Program-made: the position numbers and the translations under genes
Notes under the pieces: model-generated
Seen by the model: only the letters and a program-made list of their open reading frames with translations
Databases searched by the model: none
What the model was told of the DNA's origin: nothing
In this document: in pieces, positions 1 to 13,960 of the stretch
Layout: each line of letters starts with the position of its first letter
Position numbering within the stretch: the stretch's first letter is position 1
NCBI GenBank assembly: GCA_030390025.1
Contig: JASTWF010000353.1
Location: forward strand, 62,001-126,000
Length of the DNA stretch: 64,000 bases
Direction: 5' to 3'
Source: Squalus acanthias
Taxonomy: Eukaryota

Positions 1-1830
1 GTATATGCCCCTCGATCTCTATATCTGCCCCTCGATCTCTCTGTATCTGCCCCTCAATCTCTGTATCTGCCCCTCGATCACTCTGTCTCGGCCCCGCGAT
101 CGCAATATCTGCCCCTCACTCTCTGTATCTGCCCCTCACTCTCTGTATCTGCCCCTCGATCTCTCTGTATCTGCCCCTGACTCTCTGTATCTGCCCCATA
201 CTCTCTGTATCTGCCCCTCACTCTCTGTATCTGTCCATCACTCTCTGCATCTCCCCTCGATCTCTCTGTATCTGCACTTCACTCACTGTATCTGCCCCTC
301 ACTTTCTGTGTCTGCCCCTTGATCGCTGTATCTGCCCCTCACTCGCTATATCTGCCCTCACTCTCTGTATATTCCCTTACTCTCTGTATCTGCCCCTCGA
401 TCTCTGTATCTGCCCCTCACTCTCTGTATCTGCCCCTCGATCGCTGTATTTTCCCCTCACTCACTCTAACTGCCCCTCGATCACTGTATCTGCCTCTCAC
501 TCTCTGTATCTGGCCCTCGATCACTATATCTGCCCCTCACTTGCAGTATCTGCCCCTCACTCTCTGTATCTGCCCCTCGATCGCTGTATCTGCTCCTCAC
601 GCTCTGTATCTGCCCCTCAGTCTCTGTATCTGTCCCTCACTCTCTGTATCTGCCCCTCATTCTCTGTATCTGCCCCTGACTCTCTGTATCTGCCCCATAC
701 TCTCTGTATCTGTCCCTCACTCTTTGTATCTGCCCCTCACTCTCTGTATCTGCCCATCGATCTCTGTATGTGCCCCCACTCTCTGTATCTGCCCCTGACT
801 CTCTGTTTCTGCCCCTCAATCTCTCTGTATCTACCCCTCACTCTCTGTATCTGTCCCTCACTCTCTCTATCTGCCCCTCATTCTCTGTATCTGCCCCTGA
901 CTCTCTGTATCTGCCCCATACTCTCTGTATCTGCCTCTCCCTATCTGTATCTGCCCCTCAGTCGCTGTATCTGCCCGTCACTCTCTGTTTCTGTCCCTCA
1001 CTCTCTGTATCTGCCCTTCACTCTCTGTATCTGCCCATCGATCTCTGTATGTGCCCCCCCTCTCCGTATCTGCCCCTGACTCTGTTTCTGCCCCTCGTTC
1101 TCTGTATCAGCCCCTCACTCTCTGTATCTGCCCCTCGCTCTCTGTATCTACCCCTCAATCTCTGTATATGCCCCTCGATCTCTATATCTGCCCCTCGATC
1201 TCTCTGTATCTGCCCCTCACTCTCTGTATCTGCCCCTCGATCTCTCTGTATCTACACCTCGATCTCTGTATCTGCCCCTCACTCTCTGAATATGCCCCTC
1301 GATCTCTGTATCTGCCCCTCGATCTCTGTATATGCCCCTCGATTTCTATATCTGCCCCCTCGATCTCTCTGTATCTGCCCCACAATCTCTGTATCTGCCC
1401 CTTGATCACTCTGTCTCGGCCCCGCGATCGCAATATCTGCCCCTCACTCTCTGTAACTGCCCCATCGTCTCTGTATCTCCACTCGATCTTCTCTATCGGC
1501 TCCTCGATCGCAATTTCTGCCCCTCACTCTCTGTATCTGCCCCTCACTCTCTGTATCTGCCCCTCGATCTCTCTGTATCTGCCCCTGACTCTCTGTATCT
1601 GCCCCATTCTCTCTGTATCTGTCCCTCACTCTCTGTATCTGTCCATCACTCTCTGCATCTGCCCCTCGATCTCTCCGTATCTGCACTTCACTCACTGTAT
1701 CTGCCTCTCACTTTCTGTGTCTGCCCCTTGATCGCTGTATCTGCCCCTCACTCGCTATATCTGCCCCTCACTCTCTGTATAATCCCTCACTCTCTGTATC
1801 TGCCCCTCACTCTCTGTATCTGCCCCTCAC

Positions 1831-2414
1831 TCTCTGTATCTGCCCCTGACTCTCTGTATCTGCCCCATGCTCTCTGTATCTGCCCCTCACTATCTGTATC
1901 TGCCCCTCAGTCTCTGTTACTGCCCCTCACTCTCTGTTTCTGTCCCTCACTCTCTGTATCTGCCCCTCACTCTCTGTATCTGCCCATCAATCTCTGTATG
2001 TGCCCCCACTCTCTGTATCTGCCCCGACTCTCTGTTTCTGCCCCTCGTTCTCTGTCCCTGTCCCCTCACTCTCTGTATCTGCCCCTCGATCGCTGTATCT
2101 GCCCCTCAATCTCTGTATCTGCCCCTCACGCTCTGTATCTGCCCCTCACTCTCTGTATCTGTCCCGCACTCTCTGTATCTGCCCCTCATTCTCTGTATCT
2201 GCCCCTGACTCTCTGTATCTGCCCCATGCTCTCTGTATCTGCCCCTCACTATCTGTATCTGCCCCTCAGTCTCTGTTACTGCCCCTCACTCTCTGTTTCT
2301 GTCCCTCACTCTCTGTATCTGCCCCTCACTCTCTGTATCTGCCCATCAATCTCTGTATGTGCCCCCACTCTCTGTATCTGCCCCTGACTCTCTGTTTCTG
2401 CCCCTCGTTCTCTG
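1831..2414 (+). repeat. Local partial duplication, 359-bp offset
   Basis: Rare variant CATGCTCTCT at 1866 and 2225, each followed by the same ordered run of variants. ORF starts at 2000 and 2359. Confidence 0.8.
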
Positions 2415-5400
2415 TATCAGCCCCTCACTCTCTGTATCTGCCCCTCGCTCTCTGTATCTACCCCTCAATCTCTGTATATGCACCTCGATCTCTATATCTG
2501 CCCCTCGATCTCTCTGTTTCTACCCCTCGATCTCTGTATCTGCCCCTCACTCGTTGTATCTGCCTTTTGATCTCTGTATCTGCCCCTCACGCTCTGTATC
2601 TGCTCCTCAGTCTCTGTATCTGCCCCTCACTCTCTGTATCTGCCCCTCGATCGCTGTATCTGCCCCTCACGCTCTGTATCTGCTCCTCAGTCTCTGTATC
2701 TGTCCCTCACTCTCTGTATCTGCCCCTCATTCTCTGGACCTGCCCCATACTCTCTGTATCTGCCCCATACTCTCTGTATCTGCCCCTCACTATCTGTATC
2801 TGCCCCTCAGTCTCTGTATCTGCCCCTCACTCTCTGTTTCTGTCCCTCACTCTCTGTATCTGCCCCTCACTCTCTGTATCTGCCCCTCGATCTCTCTGTA
2901 TCTGCCCCTGACTCTCTGTATCTGCCCCATACTCTCTGTATCTGCCCCTCACTCTCTGTATCTGTCCATCACTCTCTGCATCTGCCCCTCGATCTCTCTG
3001 TATCTGCACTTCACTCACTGTATCTGCCCCTCACTTTCTGTGTCTGCCCCTTGATCGCTGTATCTGCCCCTCACTCGCTATATCTGCCCTCACTCTCTGT
3101 ATAATCCCTTACTCTCTGTATCTGCCCCTCGGTCTCTGTATCTGCCCCTCACTCTCTGTATCTGCCCCTCGATCGCTGTATTTTCCCCTCACTCACTGTA
3201 ACTGCCCCTCGATCACTGTATCTGCCTCTCACTCTCTGTATCTGGCCCTCGATCACTATATCTGCCCCTCACTTGCTGTATCTGCCCCTCACTCTCTGTA
3301 TCTGCCCCTGACTCTCTGTATCTGCCCCATACTCTCTGTATCTGCCCCTCACTATCTGTATCTGCCCCTCAGTCGCTGTATCTGCCCGTCACTCTCTGTT
3401 TCTGTCCCTCACTCTCTGTATCTGCCCTTCACTCTCTGTATCTGCCCATCGATCTCTGTATGTGCCCCCCCTCTCCGTATCTGCCCCTGACTCTGTTTCT
3501 GCCCCTCGTTCTCTGTATCAGCCCCTCACTCTCTGTATCTGCCCCTCGCTCTCTGTATCTACCCCTCAAACTCCGTATATGCCCCTCGAACTCTATATCT
3601 GCCCCTCGATCTCTCTGTATCTACCCCTCGATCTCTGTATCTGCCCCTCACTCTCTGTATCTGCCCCTCGATCTCTCTGTATCTACCCCTCGATCTCTGT
3701 ATCTGCCCCTCACTCTCTGAATATGCCCCTCGATCTCTGTATCTGCCCCTCGATCTCTGTATATGCCCCTCGATTTCTATATCTGCCCCTCGATCTCTCT
3801 GTATCTGCCCCACAATCTCTGTATCTGCCCCTTGATCACCCTGTCTCGGCCCCGTGATCGCAATATCTGCCCCTCACTCTCTGTAACTGCCCCATCGTCT
3901 CTGTATCTCCACTCGATCTTCTGTATCGGCTCCTCGATCGCAATTTCTGCCCCTCACTCTCTATATCTGCCCCTCACTCTCTGTATCTGCCCCTCGATCT
4001 CTCTGTATCTGCCCCTGACTCTCTGTATCTGCCCCATTCTCTCTGTATCTGTCCCTCACTCTCTGTATCTGTCCATCACTCTCTGCATCTGTCCCTCGAT
4101 CTCTCCGTATCTGCCCTTCACTCATTGTATCTGCCTCTCACTTTCTGTGTCTGCCCCTTGATCGCTGTATCTGCCCCTCACTCGCTATATCTGCCCCTCA
4201 CTCTCTGTATAATCCCTCACTCTCTGTATCTGCCCCTCACTCTCTGTATCTGCCCCTCACTCTCTGTATCTGCCCATTACTCTCTGTTACTGCCCATCGA
4301 TCCCTGTATCTGCCCCTCGATCTCTGTCCCTGTCCCCTCACTCTCTGTATCTGCCCCTCGATCGCTGTATCTGCCCCTCGATCTCTGTATCTGCCCCTCA
4401 CGCTCTGTATCTGCCCCTCACTCTCTGTATCTGTCCCGCACTCTCTGTATCTGCCCCTCATTCTCTGTATCTGCCCCTGACTCTCTGTATCTGCCCCATG
4501 CTCTCTGTATCTGCCCCTCACTATCTGTATCTGCCCCTCAGTCTCTGTTACTGCTCCTCACTCTCTGTTTCTGTCCCTCACTCTCTGTATCTGCCCCTCA
4601 CTCTCTGTATCTGCCCATCAATCTCTGTATGTGCCCCCACTCTCTGTATCTGCCCCTAACTCTCTGTTTCTGCCCCTCGTTCTCTGTATCAGCCCCTGAC
4701 TCTCTGTATCTGCCCCTCGCTCTCTGTATCTACCCCTCAATCTCTGTATATGCACCTCGATCTCTATATCTGCCCCTCGATCTCTCTGTTTCTACCCCTC
4801 GATCTCTGTATCTGCCCCTCACTCGTTGTATCTGCCTTTTGATCTCTGTATCCGCCCCTCACTCTCTGTATCCACCCCTCACTCTCTGCCCCTCAATCTC
4901 TGTATCTCCCCTCACTCTCTTTATCTGCCCCTCACTCTCTGTATCTGTCCCTCGATCTCTGTATATGCCCCTCGATCTCTATATCTGCCCTTCGATCTCT
5001 CTGTATCTGCCCCTCAATCTCTGTATCCGCCCCTCGATCACTCTGTCTCAGCCCCACGATCGCAATATCTGCCCCTCACTCTCTGTATCAGCCCCATAGT
5101 CTCTGTATCTCCACTCGATCTTCTGTATCAGCCCCTCGATCGCAATATCTGCCCCTCACTCTCTGTATCTGCCCCTCGATCTCTCTGTATCTGCCCCTGA
5201 CTCTCTGTATCTGCCCCATACTCACTGTGTCTGTCCCTCACTCTCTGTATCTGCCCGTCACTCTCTGTTTCTGTCCCTCACTCTCTGTATCTGCCCCTCA
5301 CTCTCTGTATCTGCACCATCGATCTCTGTATGTGCCCCCCCTCTCCGTATCTGCCCCTGACTCTGTTTCTGCCCCTCGTTCTCTGTATCAGCCCCTCACT

Positions 5401-8400
5401 CTCTGTATCTGCCCCTCGCTCTCTGTATCTACCCCTCAATCTCTGTATATGCCCCTCGATCTCTATATCTGCCCCTCGATCTCTCTGTATCTACCCCTCG
5501 ATCTCTGTATCTGCTCCTCACTCTCTGTATCTGCCCCTCGATCTCTCTGTATCTACCCCTCGATCTCTGTATCTGCCCCTCACTCTCTGAATATGCCCCT
5601 CGCTCTCTGTATCTGCCCCTCGATCTCTGTATATGCCCCTCGATTTCTATATCTGCCCCTCGATTTCTCTGTATCTTCCCCTCAATCTCTGTATCTGCCC
5701 CTCGATCACTCTGTCTCGGCCCCGCAATCGCAATATCTGCCCCTCACTCTCTGTAACTGCCCCATAGTCTCTGTATCTCCACTCGATCTTCTGTATCGGC
5801 TCCTCGATTGCAATATCTGCCCCTCACTCTCTGTATCTGCCCCTCACTCTCTGTGTCTGCCCCTCAATCTCTCTGTATCTGCCCCTGACTCTCTGTATCT
5901 ATCCATCACTCTCTGCATCTGCCCCTCGATCTCTCTGTATCTGCACTTCACTCACTGTATCTGCCCCTCACTTTCTGTGTCTGCCCCCGATCGCTGTATC
6001 TGCCCCTCACTCGCTATATCTGCCCCTCACTCTCTGTATTATCCCTTACTCTCTGTATCTGCCCCTCAATCTCTGTATCTGCCCCTCAATCTCTGTATCT
6101 GCCCCTCGATCGCTGTATTTTCCCCTCACTCACTGTAACTGCCCCTCGATCACTGTATCTGCCTGTCACTCTCTGTATCTGGCGTTCGATCACTATATCT
6201 GCCCCTCACTCGCTGTATCTGCCCCTCACTCTCTGTATCTGCCCCTCGATCGCTGTATCTGCCCCTCACGCTCTGTATCTGCTCCTCAGTCTCTGTATCT
6301 GTCCCTCACTCTCTGTATCTGCCCCTCATTCTCTGGACCTGCCCCTGACTCTCTGTATCTGCCCCATACTCTCTGTATCTGCCCCTCACTATCTGTATCT
6401 GCCCCTCAGTCTCTGTATCTGCCCCTCACTCTCTGTTTCTGTCCCTCACTCTCTGTATCTGCCCCTCACTCTCTGTATCTGCCCCTCGCTCTCTGTATCT
6501 GCCCCTCAATCTCTGTATCTGCCCCTCGATCACTCTGTCTCGGCCCCGCGATCGCAATATCTGCCCCTCACTCTCTGTATCTGCCCCTCACTCTCTGTAT
6601 CTGCCCCTCAATCTCTCTGTATCTGCCCCTGCCTCTCTGTATCTGCCCCATACTCTCTGTATCTGCCCCTCACTCTCTGTATCTGTCCATCACTCTCTGC
6701 ATCTCCCCTCGATCTCTCTGTATCTGCACTTCACTCACTGTATCTGCCCCTCACTTTCTGTGTCTGCCCCTTGATCGCTGTATCTGCCCCTCACTCGCTG
6801 TATCTGCCCTCACTCTCTGTATAATCCCTTACTCTCTGTATCTGCCCCTCGATCTCTGTATCTGCCCCTCACTCTCTGTATCTGCCCCTCGATCGCTGTA
6901 TTTTCCCCTCACTCACTCTAACTGCCCCTCGATCACTGTATCTGCCTCTCACTCTCTGTATCTGGCTCTCGATCACTATATCTGCCCCTCACTCGCTGTA
7001 TCTGCCCCTCACTCTCTGTATCTGCCCCTCGATCACTGTATCTGCTCCTCACGCTCTGTATCTGCCCCTCAGTCTCTGTATCTGTCCCTCACTCTCTGTA
7101 TCTGCCCCTCATTCTCTGTATCTGCCCCTGACTCTCTGTATCTGCCCCATACTCTCTGTATCTGTCCCTCACTCTTTGTATCTGCCCCTCACTCTCTGTA
7201 TCTGCCCATCGATCTCTGTATGTGCCCCCACTCTCTGTATCTGCCCCTGACTCTCTGTTTCTGCCCCTCAATCTCTCTGTATCTACCCCTCACTCTCTGT
7301 ATCTGTCCCTCACTCTCTCTATCTGCCCCTCATTCTCTGTATCTGCCCCTGACTCTCTGTATCTGCCCCATACTCTCTGTATCTGCCCCTCACTATCTGT
7401 ATCTGCCCCTCAGTCACTGTATCTGCCCGTCACTCTCTGTTTCTGTCCCTCACGCTCTGTATCTGCCCTTCACTCTCTGTATCTGCCCATCGATCTCTGT
7501 ATGTGCCCCCCCTCTCCGTATCTGCCCCTGACTCTGTTTCTGCCCCTCGTTCTCTGTATCAGCCCCTCACTCTCTGTATCTGCCCCTCGCTCTCTGTATC
7601 TACCCCTCAATCTCTGTATATGCCCCTCGATCTCTATATCTGCCCCTCGATCTCTCTGTATCTACCCCTCGATCCCTGTATCTGCCCCTCACTCTCTGTA
7701 TCTGCCCCTCGATCTCTCTGTATCTACCCCTCGATCTCTGTATCTGCCCCTCACTCTCTGAATATGCCCCTCGATCTCTGTATCTGCCCCTCGATCTCTG
7801 TATATGCCCCTCGATTTCTATATCTGCCCCTCGATCTCTCTGTATCTGCCCCACAATCTCTGTATCTGCCCCTTGATCACTCTGTCTCGGCCCCGCGATC
7901 GCAATATCTGCCCCTCACTCTCTGTAACTGCCCCATCGTCTCTGTATCTCCACTCGATCTTCTCTATCAGCTCCCCGATCGCAATATCTGCCCCTCACTC
8001 TCTGTATCTGCCCCTCACTCTCTGCATCTGCCCCTCGATCTCTCTGTATCTGCCCCATTCTCTCTGTATCTGTCCCTCACTCTCTGTATCTGTCCATCAC
8101 TCTCTGTATCTGCCCATCAATCTCTGCATGTGCCCCCACTCTCTGTATTTGCCCCTGACTCTCTGTTTCTGCCCCTCGTTCTCTGTATCAGCCCCTCACT
8201 CTCTGTATCTGCCCCTCGCTCTCTGTTTCTACCCCTCGATCTCTGTATCTGCCCCTCACTCGCTGTATCTGCCTTTTGATCTCTGTATCCGCCCCTCACT
8301 CTCTGTATCCGCCCCTCACTCTCTGCCCCTCAATCTCTGTATCTCCCCTCACTCTCTTTATCTGCCCCTCACTCTCTGTATCTGTCCCTCGATCTCTGTA

Positions 8401-9003
8401 TATGCCCCTCGATCTCTATATCTGCCCTTCGATCTCTCTGTATCTGCCCCTCAATCTCTGTATCTGCCCCTCGATCACTCTGTCTCAGCCCCACGATTGC
8501 AATATCTGCCCCTCACTCTCTGTATCTGCCCCATAGTCTCTGTATCTCCACTCGATCTTCTGTATCGGCCCCTCGATCGCAATATCTGCCCCTCACTCTC
8601 TGTATCTGCCCCTCGATCTCTCTGTATCTGCCCCTGACTCTCTGTATCTGCCCCATACTCACTGTGTCTGTCCCTCACTCTCTGTATCTGCCCGTCACTC
8701 TCTGTTTCTGTCCCTCACTCTCTGTATCTGCCCCTCACTCTCTGTATCTGCCCATCGATCTCTGTATGTGCCCCCCCTCTCCGTATCTGCCCCTGACTCT
8801 GTTTCTGCCCCTCGTTCTCTGTATCAGCCCCTCACTCTCTGTATCTGCCCCTCGCTCTCTGTATCTACCCCTCAATCTCTGTATATGCCCCTCGATCTGT
8901 ATATCTGCCCCTCGATCTCTCTGTATCTACCCCTCAATCTCTGTATCTGCCCCTCACTCTCTGTATCTGCCCCTCGATCTCTCTGTATCTACCCCTCGAT
9001 CTC

Positions 9004-12000
9004 TGTATCTGCCCCTCACTCTCTGAATATGCCTCTCGCTCTCTGTATCTGCCCCTCGATCTCTGTATATGCCCCTCGATCTCTATATCTGCCCCTCGAT
9101 TTCTCTGTATCTTCCCCTCAATCTCTGTATCTGCCCCTCGATCACTCTGTCTCGGCCCCGCAATCGCAATATCTGCCCCTCACTCTCTGTAACTGCCCCA
9201 TAGTCTCTGTATCTCCACTCGATCTTCTGTATCGGCTCCTCGATTGCAATATCTGCCCCTCACTCTCTGTATCTGCCCCTCACTCTCTGTATCTGCCCCT
9301 CGATCTCTCTGTATCTGCCCCTGACTCTCTGTATCTGCCCCATACTCTCTGTATCTGCCCCTCACTCTCTGTATCTATCCATCACTCTCTGCATCTGCCC
9401 CTCAATCTCTCTGTATCTGCACTTCACTTACTGTATCTGCCCCTCACTTTCTGTGTCTGCCCCGATCGCTGTATCTGCCCCTCACTCGCTATATCTGCCC
9501 CTCACTCTCTGTATAATCCCTTAGTTTCTGTATCTGCCCCTCAATCTCTGTATCTGCCCCTCAATCTCTGTATCTGCCCCTCGATCGCTGTATTTTCCCC
9601 TCACTCACTGTAACTGCCCCTCGATCACTGTATCTGCCTGTCACTCTCTGTATCTGGCCCTCGATCACTATATCTGCCCCTCACTCGCTGTATCTGCCCC
9701 TCACTCTCTGTATCTGCCCCTCGATCGCTGTATCTGCCCCTCACGCTCTGTATCTGCCCCTCAGTCTCTGTATCTGTCCCTCACTCTCTGTATCTGCCCC
9801 TCATTCTCTGGACCTGCCCCTGACTCTCTGTATCTGCCCCATACTCTCTGTATCTGCCCCTCACTATCTGTATCTGCCCCTCAGTCTCTGTATCTGCCCC
9901 TCACTCTCTGTTTCTGTCCCTCACTCTCTGTATCTGCCCCTCACTCTCTGTATCTGCCCCTCGCTCTCTGTATCTACCCCTCAATCTCTGTATATGCCCC
10001 TCGATCTCTATATCTGCCCCTCGATCTCTCTGTATCTGCCCCTCAATCTCTGTATCTGCCCCTCGATCACTCTGTCTCGGCCCCGCGATTGCAATATCTG
10101 CCCCTCACTCTCTGTATCTGCCCCTCACTCTCTGTATCTGCCCCTCGATCTCTCTGTATCTGCCCCTGACTCTCTGTATCTGCCCCATACTCTCTGTATC
10201 TGCCCCTCACTCTCTGTATCTGTCCATCACTCTCTGCATCTCCCCTCGATCTCTCTGTATCTGCACTTCACTCACTGTATCTGCCCCTCAGTTTCTGTGT
10301 CTGCCCCTTGATCGCTGTATCTGCCCCTCACTCGCTATATCTGCCCTCACTCTCTGTATAATCCCTTACTCTCTGTATCTGCCCCTCGATCTCTGTATCT
10401 GCCCCTCACTCTCTGTATCTGCCCCTCGATCGCTGCATCTGCTCCTCACGCTCTGTATCTGCCCCTCAGTCTCTGTATCTGTCCCTCACTCTCTGTATCT
10501 GCCCTCATTCTCTGTATCTGCCCCTGACTCTCTGTATCTGCCCCATACTCTCTGTATCTGTCCCTCACTCTTTGTATCTGCCCCTCACTCTCTGAATATG
10601 CCCCTCGCTCTCTGTATCTGCCCCTCGATCTCTGTATATGCCCCTCGATTTCTATATCTGCCCCTCGATTTCTCTGTATCTTCCCCTCAATCTCTGTATC
10701 TGCCCCTCGATCACTCTGTCTCGGCCCCGCAATCGCAATATCTGCCCCTCACTCTCTGTAACTGCCCCATAGTCTCTGTATCTCCACTCGATCTTCTGTA
10801 TCGGCTCCTCGATTGCAATATCTGCCCCTCACTCTCTGTATCTGCCCCTCACTCTCTGTATCTGCCCCTCGATCTCTCTGTATCTGCCCCTGACTCTCTG
10901 TATCTGCCCCATACTCTCTGTATCTGCCCCTCACTCTCTGTATCTATCCATCACTCTCTGCATCTGCCCCTCAATCTCTCTGTATCTGCACTTCACTTAC
11001 TGTATCTGCCCCTCACTTTCTGTGTCTGCCCCGATCGCTGTATCTGCCCCTCACTCGCTATATCTGCCCCTCACTCTCTGTATAATCCCTTAGTTTCTGT
11101 ATCTGCCCCTCAATCTCTGTATCTGCCCCTCAATCTCTGTATCTGCCCCTCGATCGCTGTATTTTCCCCTCACTCACTGTAACTGCCCCTCGATCACTGT
11201 ATCTGCCTGTCACTCTCTGTATCTGGCCCTCGATCACTATATCTGCCCCTCACTCGCTGTATCTGTCCCTCACTCTCTGTATCTGCCCCTCGATCGCTGT
11301 ATCTGCCCCTCACGCTCTGTATCTGCCCCTCAGTCTCTGTATCTGTCCCTCACTCTCTGTATCTGCCCCTCATTCTCTGGACCTGCCCCTGACTCTCTGT
11401 ATCTGCCCCATACTCTCTGTATCTGCCCCTCACTATCTGTATCTGCCCCTCAGTCTCTGTATCTGCCCCTCACTCTCTGTTTCTGTCCCTCACTCTCTGT
11501 ATCTGCCCCTCACTCTCTGTATCTGCCCCTCGCTCTCTGTATCTACCCCTCAATCTCTGTATATGCCCCTCGATCTCTATATCTGCCCCTCGATCTCTCT
11601 GTATCTGCCCCTCAATCTCTGTATCTGCCCCTCGATCACTCTGTCTCGGCCCCGCGATTGCAATATCTGCCCCTCACTCTCTGTATCTGCCCCTCACTCT
11701 CTGTATCTGCCCCTCGATCTCTCTGTATCTGCCCCTGACTCTCTGTATCTGCCCCATACTCTCTGTATCTGCCCCTCACTCTCTGTATCTGTCCATCACT
11801 CTCTGCATCTCCCCTCGATCTCTCTGTATCTGCACTTCACTCACTGTATCTGCCCCCTCAGTTTCTGTGTCTGCCCCTTGATCGCTGTATCTGCCCCTCA
11901 CTCGCTATATCTGCCCTCACTCTCTGTATAATCCCTTACTCTCTGTATCTGCCCCTCGATCTCTGTATCTGCCCCTCACTCTCTGTATCTGCCCCTCGAT

Positions 12001-13960
12001 CGCTGCATCTGCTCCTCACGCTCTGTATCTGCCCCTCAGTCTCTGTATCTGTCCCTCACTCTCTGTATCTGCCCTCATTCTCTGTATCTGCCCCTGACTC
12101 TCTGTATCTGCCCCATACTCTCTGTATCTGTCCCTCACTCTTTGTATCTGCCCCTCACTCTCTGTATCTGCCCATCGATCTCTGTATGTGCCCCCACTCG
12201 CTGTATCTGCCCCTGACTCTCTGTTTCTGCCCCATACTCTCTGTATCTGCCCCTCACTCTCTGTATCTGTCCCTCGATCTCTCTGTATCTACCCCTCGAT
12301 CTCTGTATCTGCCCCTCACTCTCTGAATATGCCCCTCGCTCTCTGTATATGCCCCTCGATTTCTATATCTGCCCCTCGATTTCTCTGTATCTTCCCCTCA
12401 ATCTCTGTATCTGCCCCTCGATCACTCTGTCTCGGCCCCGCAATCGCAATATCTGCCCCTCACTCTCTGTAACTGCCCCATAGTCTCTGTATCTCCACTC
12501 GATCTTCTGTATCGGCTCCTCGATTGCAATATCTGCCCCTCACTCTCTGAATCTGCCCCTCACTCTCTGTATCTGCCCCTCGATCTCTCTGTATCTGCCC
12601 CTGACTCTCTGTATCTGCCCCATACTCTCTGTATCTGCCCCTCACTCTCTGTATCTATCCATCACTCTCTGCATCTGCCCCTCAATCTCTCTGTATCTGC
12701 ACTTCACTTACTGTATCTGCCCCTCACTTTCTGTGTCTGCCCCGATCGCTGTATCTGCCCCTCACTCGCTATATCTGCCCCTCACTCTCTGTATAATCCC
12801 TTAGTTTCTGTATCTGCCCCTCAATCTCTGTATCTGCCCCTCAATCTCTGTATCTGCCCCTCGATCGCTGTATTTTCCCCTCACTCACTGTAACTGCCCC
12901 TCGATCACTGTATCTGCCTGTCACTCTCTGTATCTGGCCCTCGATCACTATATCTGTCCCTCACTCGCTGTATCTGTCCCTCACTCTCTGTATCTGCCCC
13001 TCGATCGCTGTATCTGCCCCTCACGCTCTGTATCTGCCCCTCAGTCTCTGTATCTGTCCCTCACTCTCTGTATCTGCCCCTCATTCTCTGGACCTGCCCC
13101 TGACTCTCTGTATCTGCCCCATACTCTCTGTATCTGCCCCTCACTATCTGTATCTGCCCCTCAGTCTCTGTATCTGCCCCTCACTCTCTGTTTCTGTCCC
13201 TCACTCTCTGTATCTGCCCCTCACTCTCTGTATCTGCCCCTCGCTCTCTGTATCTACCCCTCAATCTCTGTATATGCCCCTCGATCTCTATATCTGCCCC
13301 TCGATCTCTCTGTATCTGCCCCTCAATCTCTGTATCTGCCCCTCGATCACTCTGTCTCGGCCCCGCGATCGCAATATCTGCCCCTCACTCTCTGTATCTG
13401 CCCCTCACTCTCTGTATCTGCCCCTCGATCTCTCTGTATCTGCCCCTGACTCTCTGTATCTGCCCCATACTCTCTGTATCTGCCCCTCACTCTCTGTATC
13501 TGTCCATCACTCTCTGCATCTCCCCTCGATCTCTCTGTATCTGCACTTCACTCACTGTATCTGCCCCTCACTTTCTGTGTCTGCCCCTTGATCGCTGTAT
13601 CTGCCCCTCACTCGCTATATCTGCCCTCACTCTCTGTATAATCCCTTACTCTCTGTATCTGCCCCTCGATCTCTGTATCTGCCCCTCACTCTCTGTATCT
13701 GCCCCTCGATCGCTGCATCTGCTCCTCACGCTCTGTATCTGCCCCTCAGTCTCTGTATCTGTCCCTCACTCTCTGTATCTGCCCTCATTCTCTGTATCTG
13801 CCCCTGACTCTCTGTATCTGCCCCATACTCTCTGTATCTGTCCCTCACTCTTTGTATCTGCCCCTCACTCTCTGTATCTGCCCATCGATCTCTGTATGTG
13901 CCCCCACTCTCTGTATCTGCCCCTGACTCTCTGTTTCTGCCCCATACTCTCTGTATCTGC
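9004..13960 (+). repeat. Higher-order repeat, about 3 copies, period 1569 then 1711 bp
   Basis: Marker TTAGTTTCTG at ~9521, ~11090, ~12801. Identical ORF translations at 9180/10749/12460 and near-identical ones at 9994/11563/13274. Confidence 0.9.

Noticed and set aside
96..103. Palindrome GCGATCGC (cyanobacterial HIP1 / AsiSI site), recurring
   Set aside because: It arises within one satellite variant and decays by CpG transitions. Nothing else in the window suggests bacterial DNA.
3099..3106. TATAAT (bacterial -10-like or TATA-like) recurring in one monomer variant
   Set aside because: It is a variant of TATCTG propagated by block duplication, with no -35 element or downstream gene.
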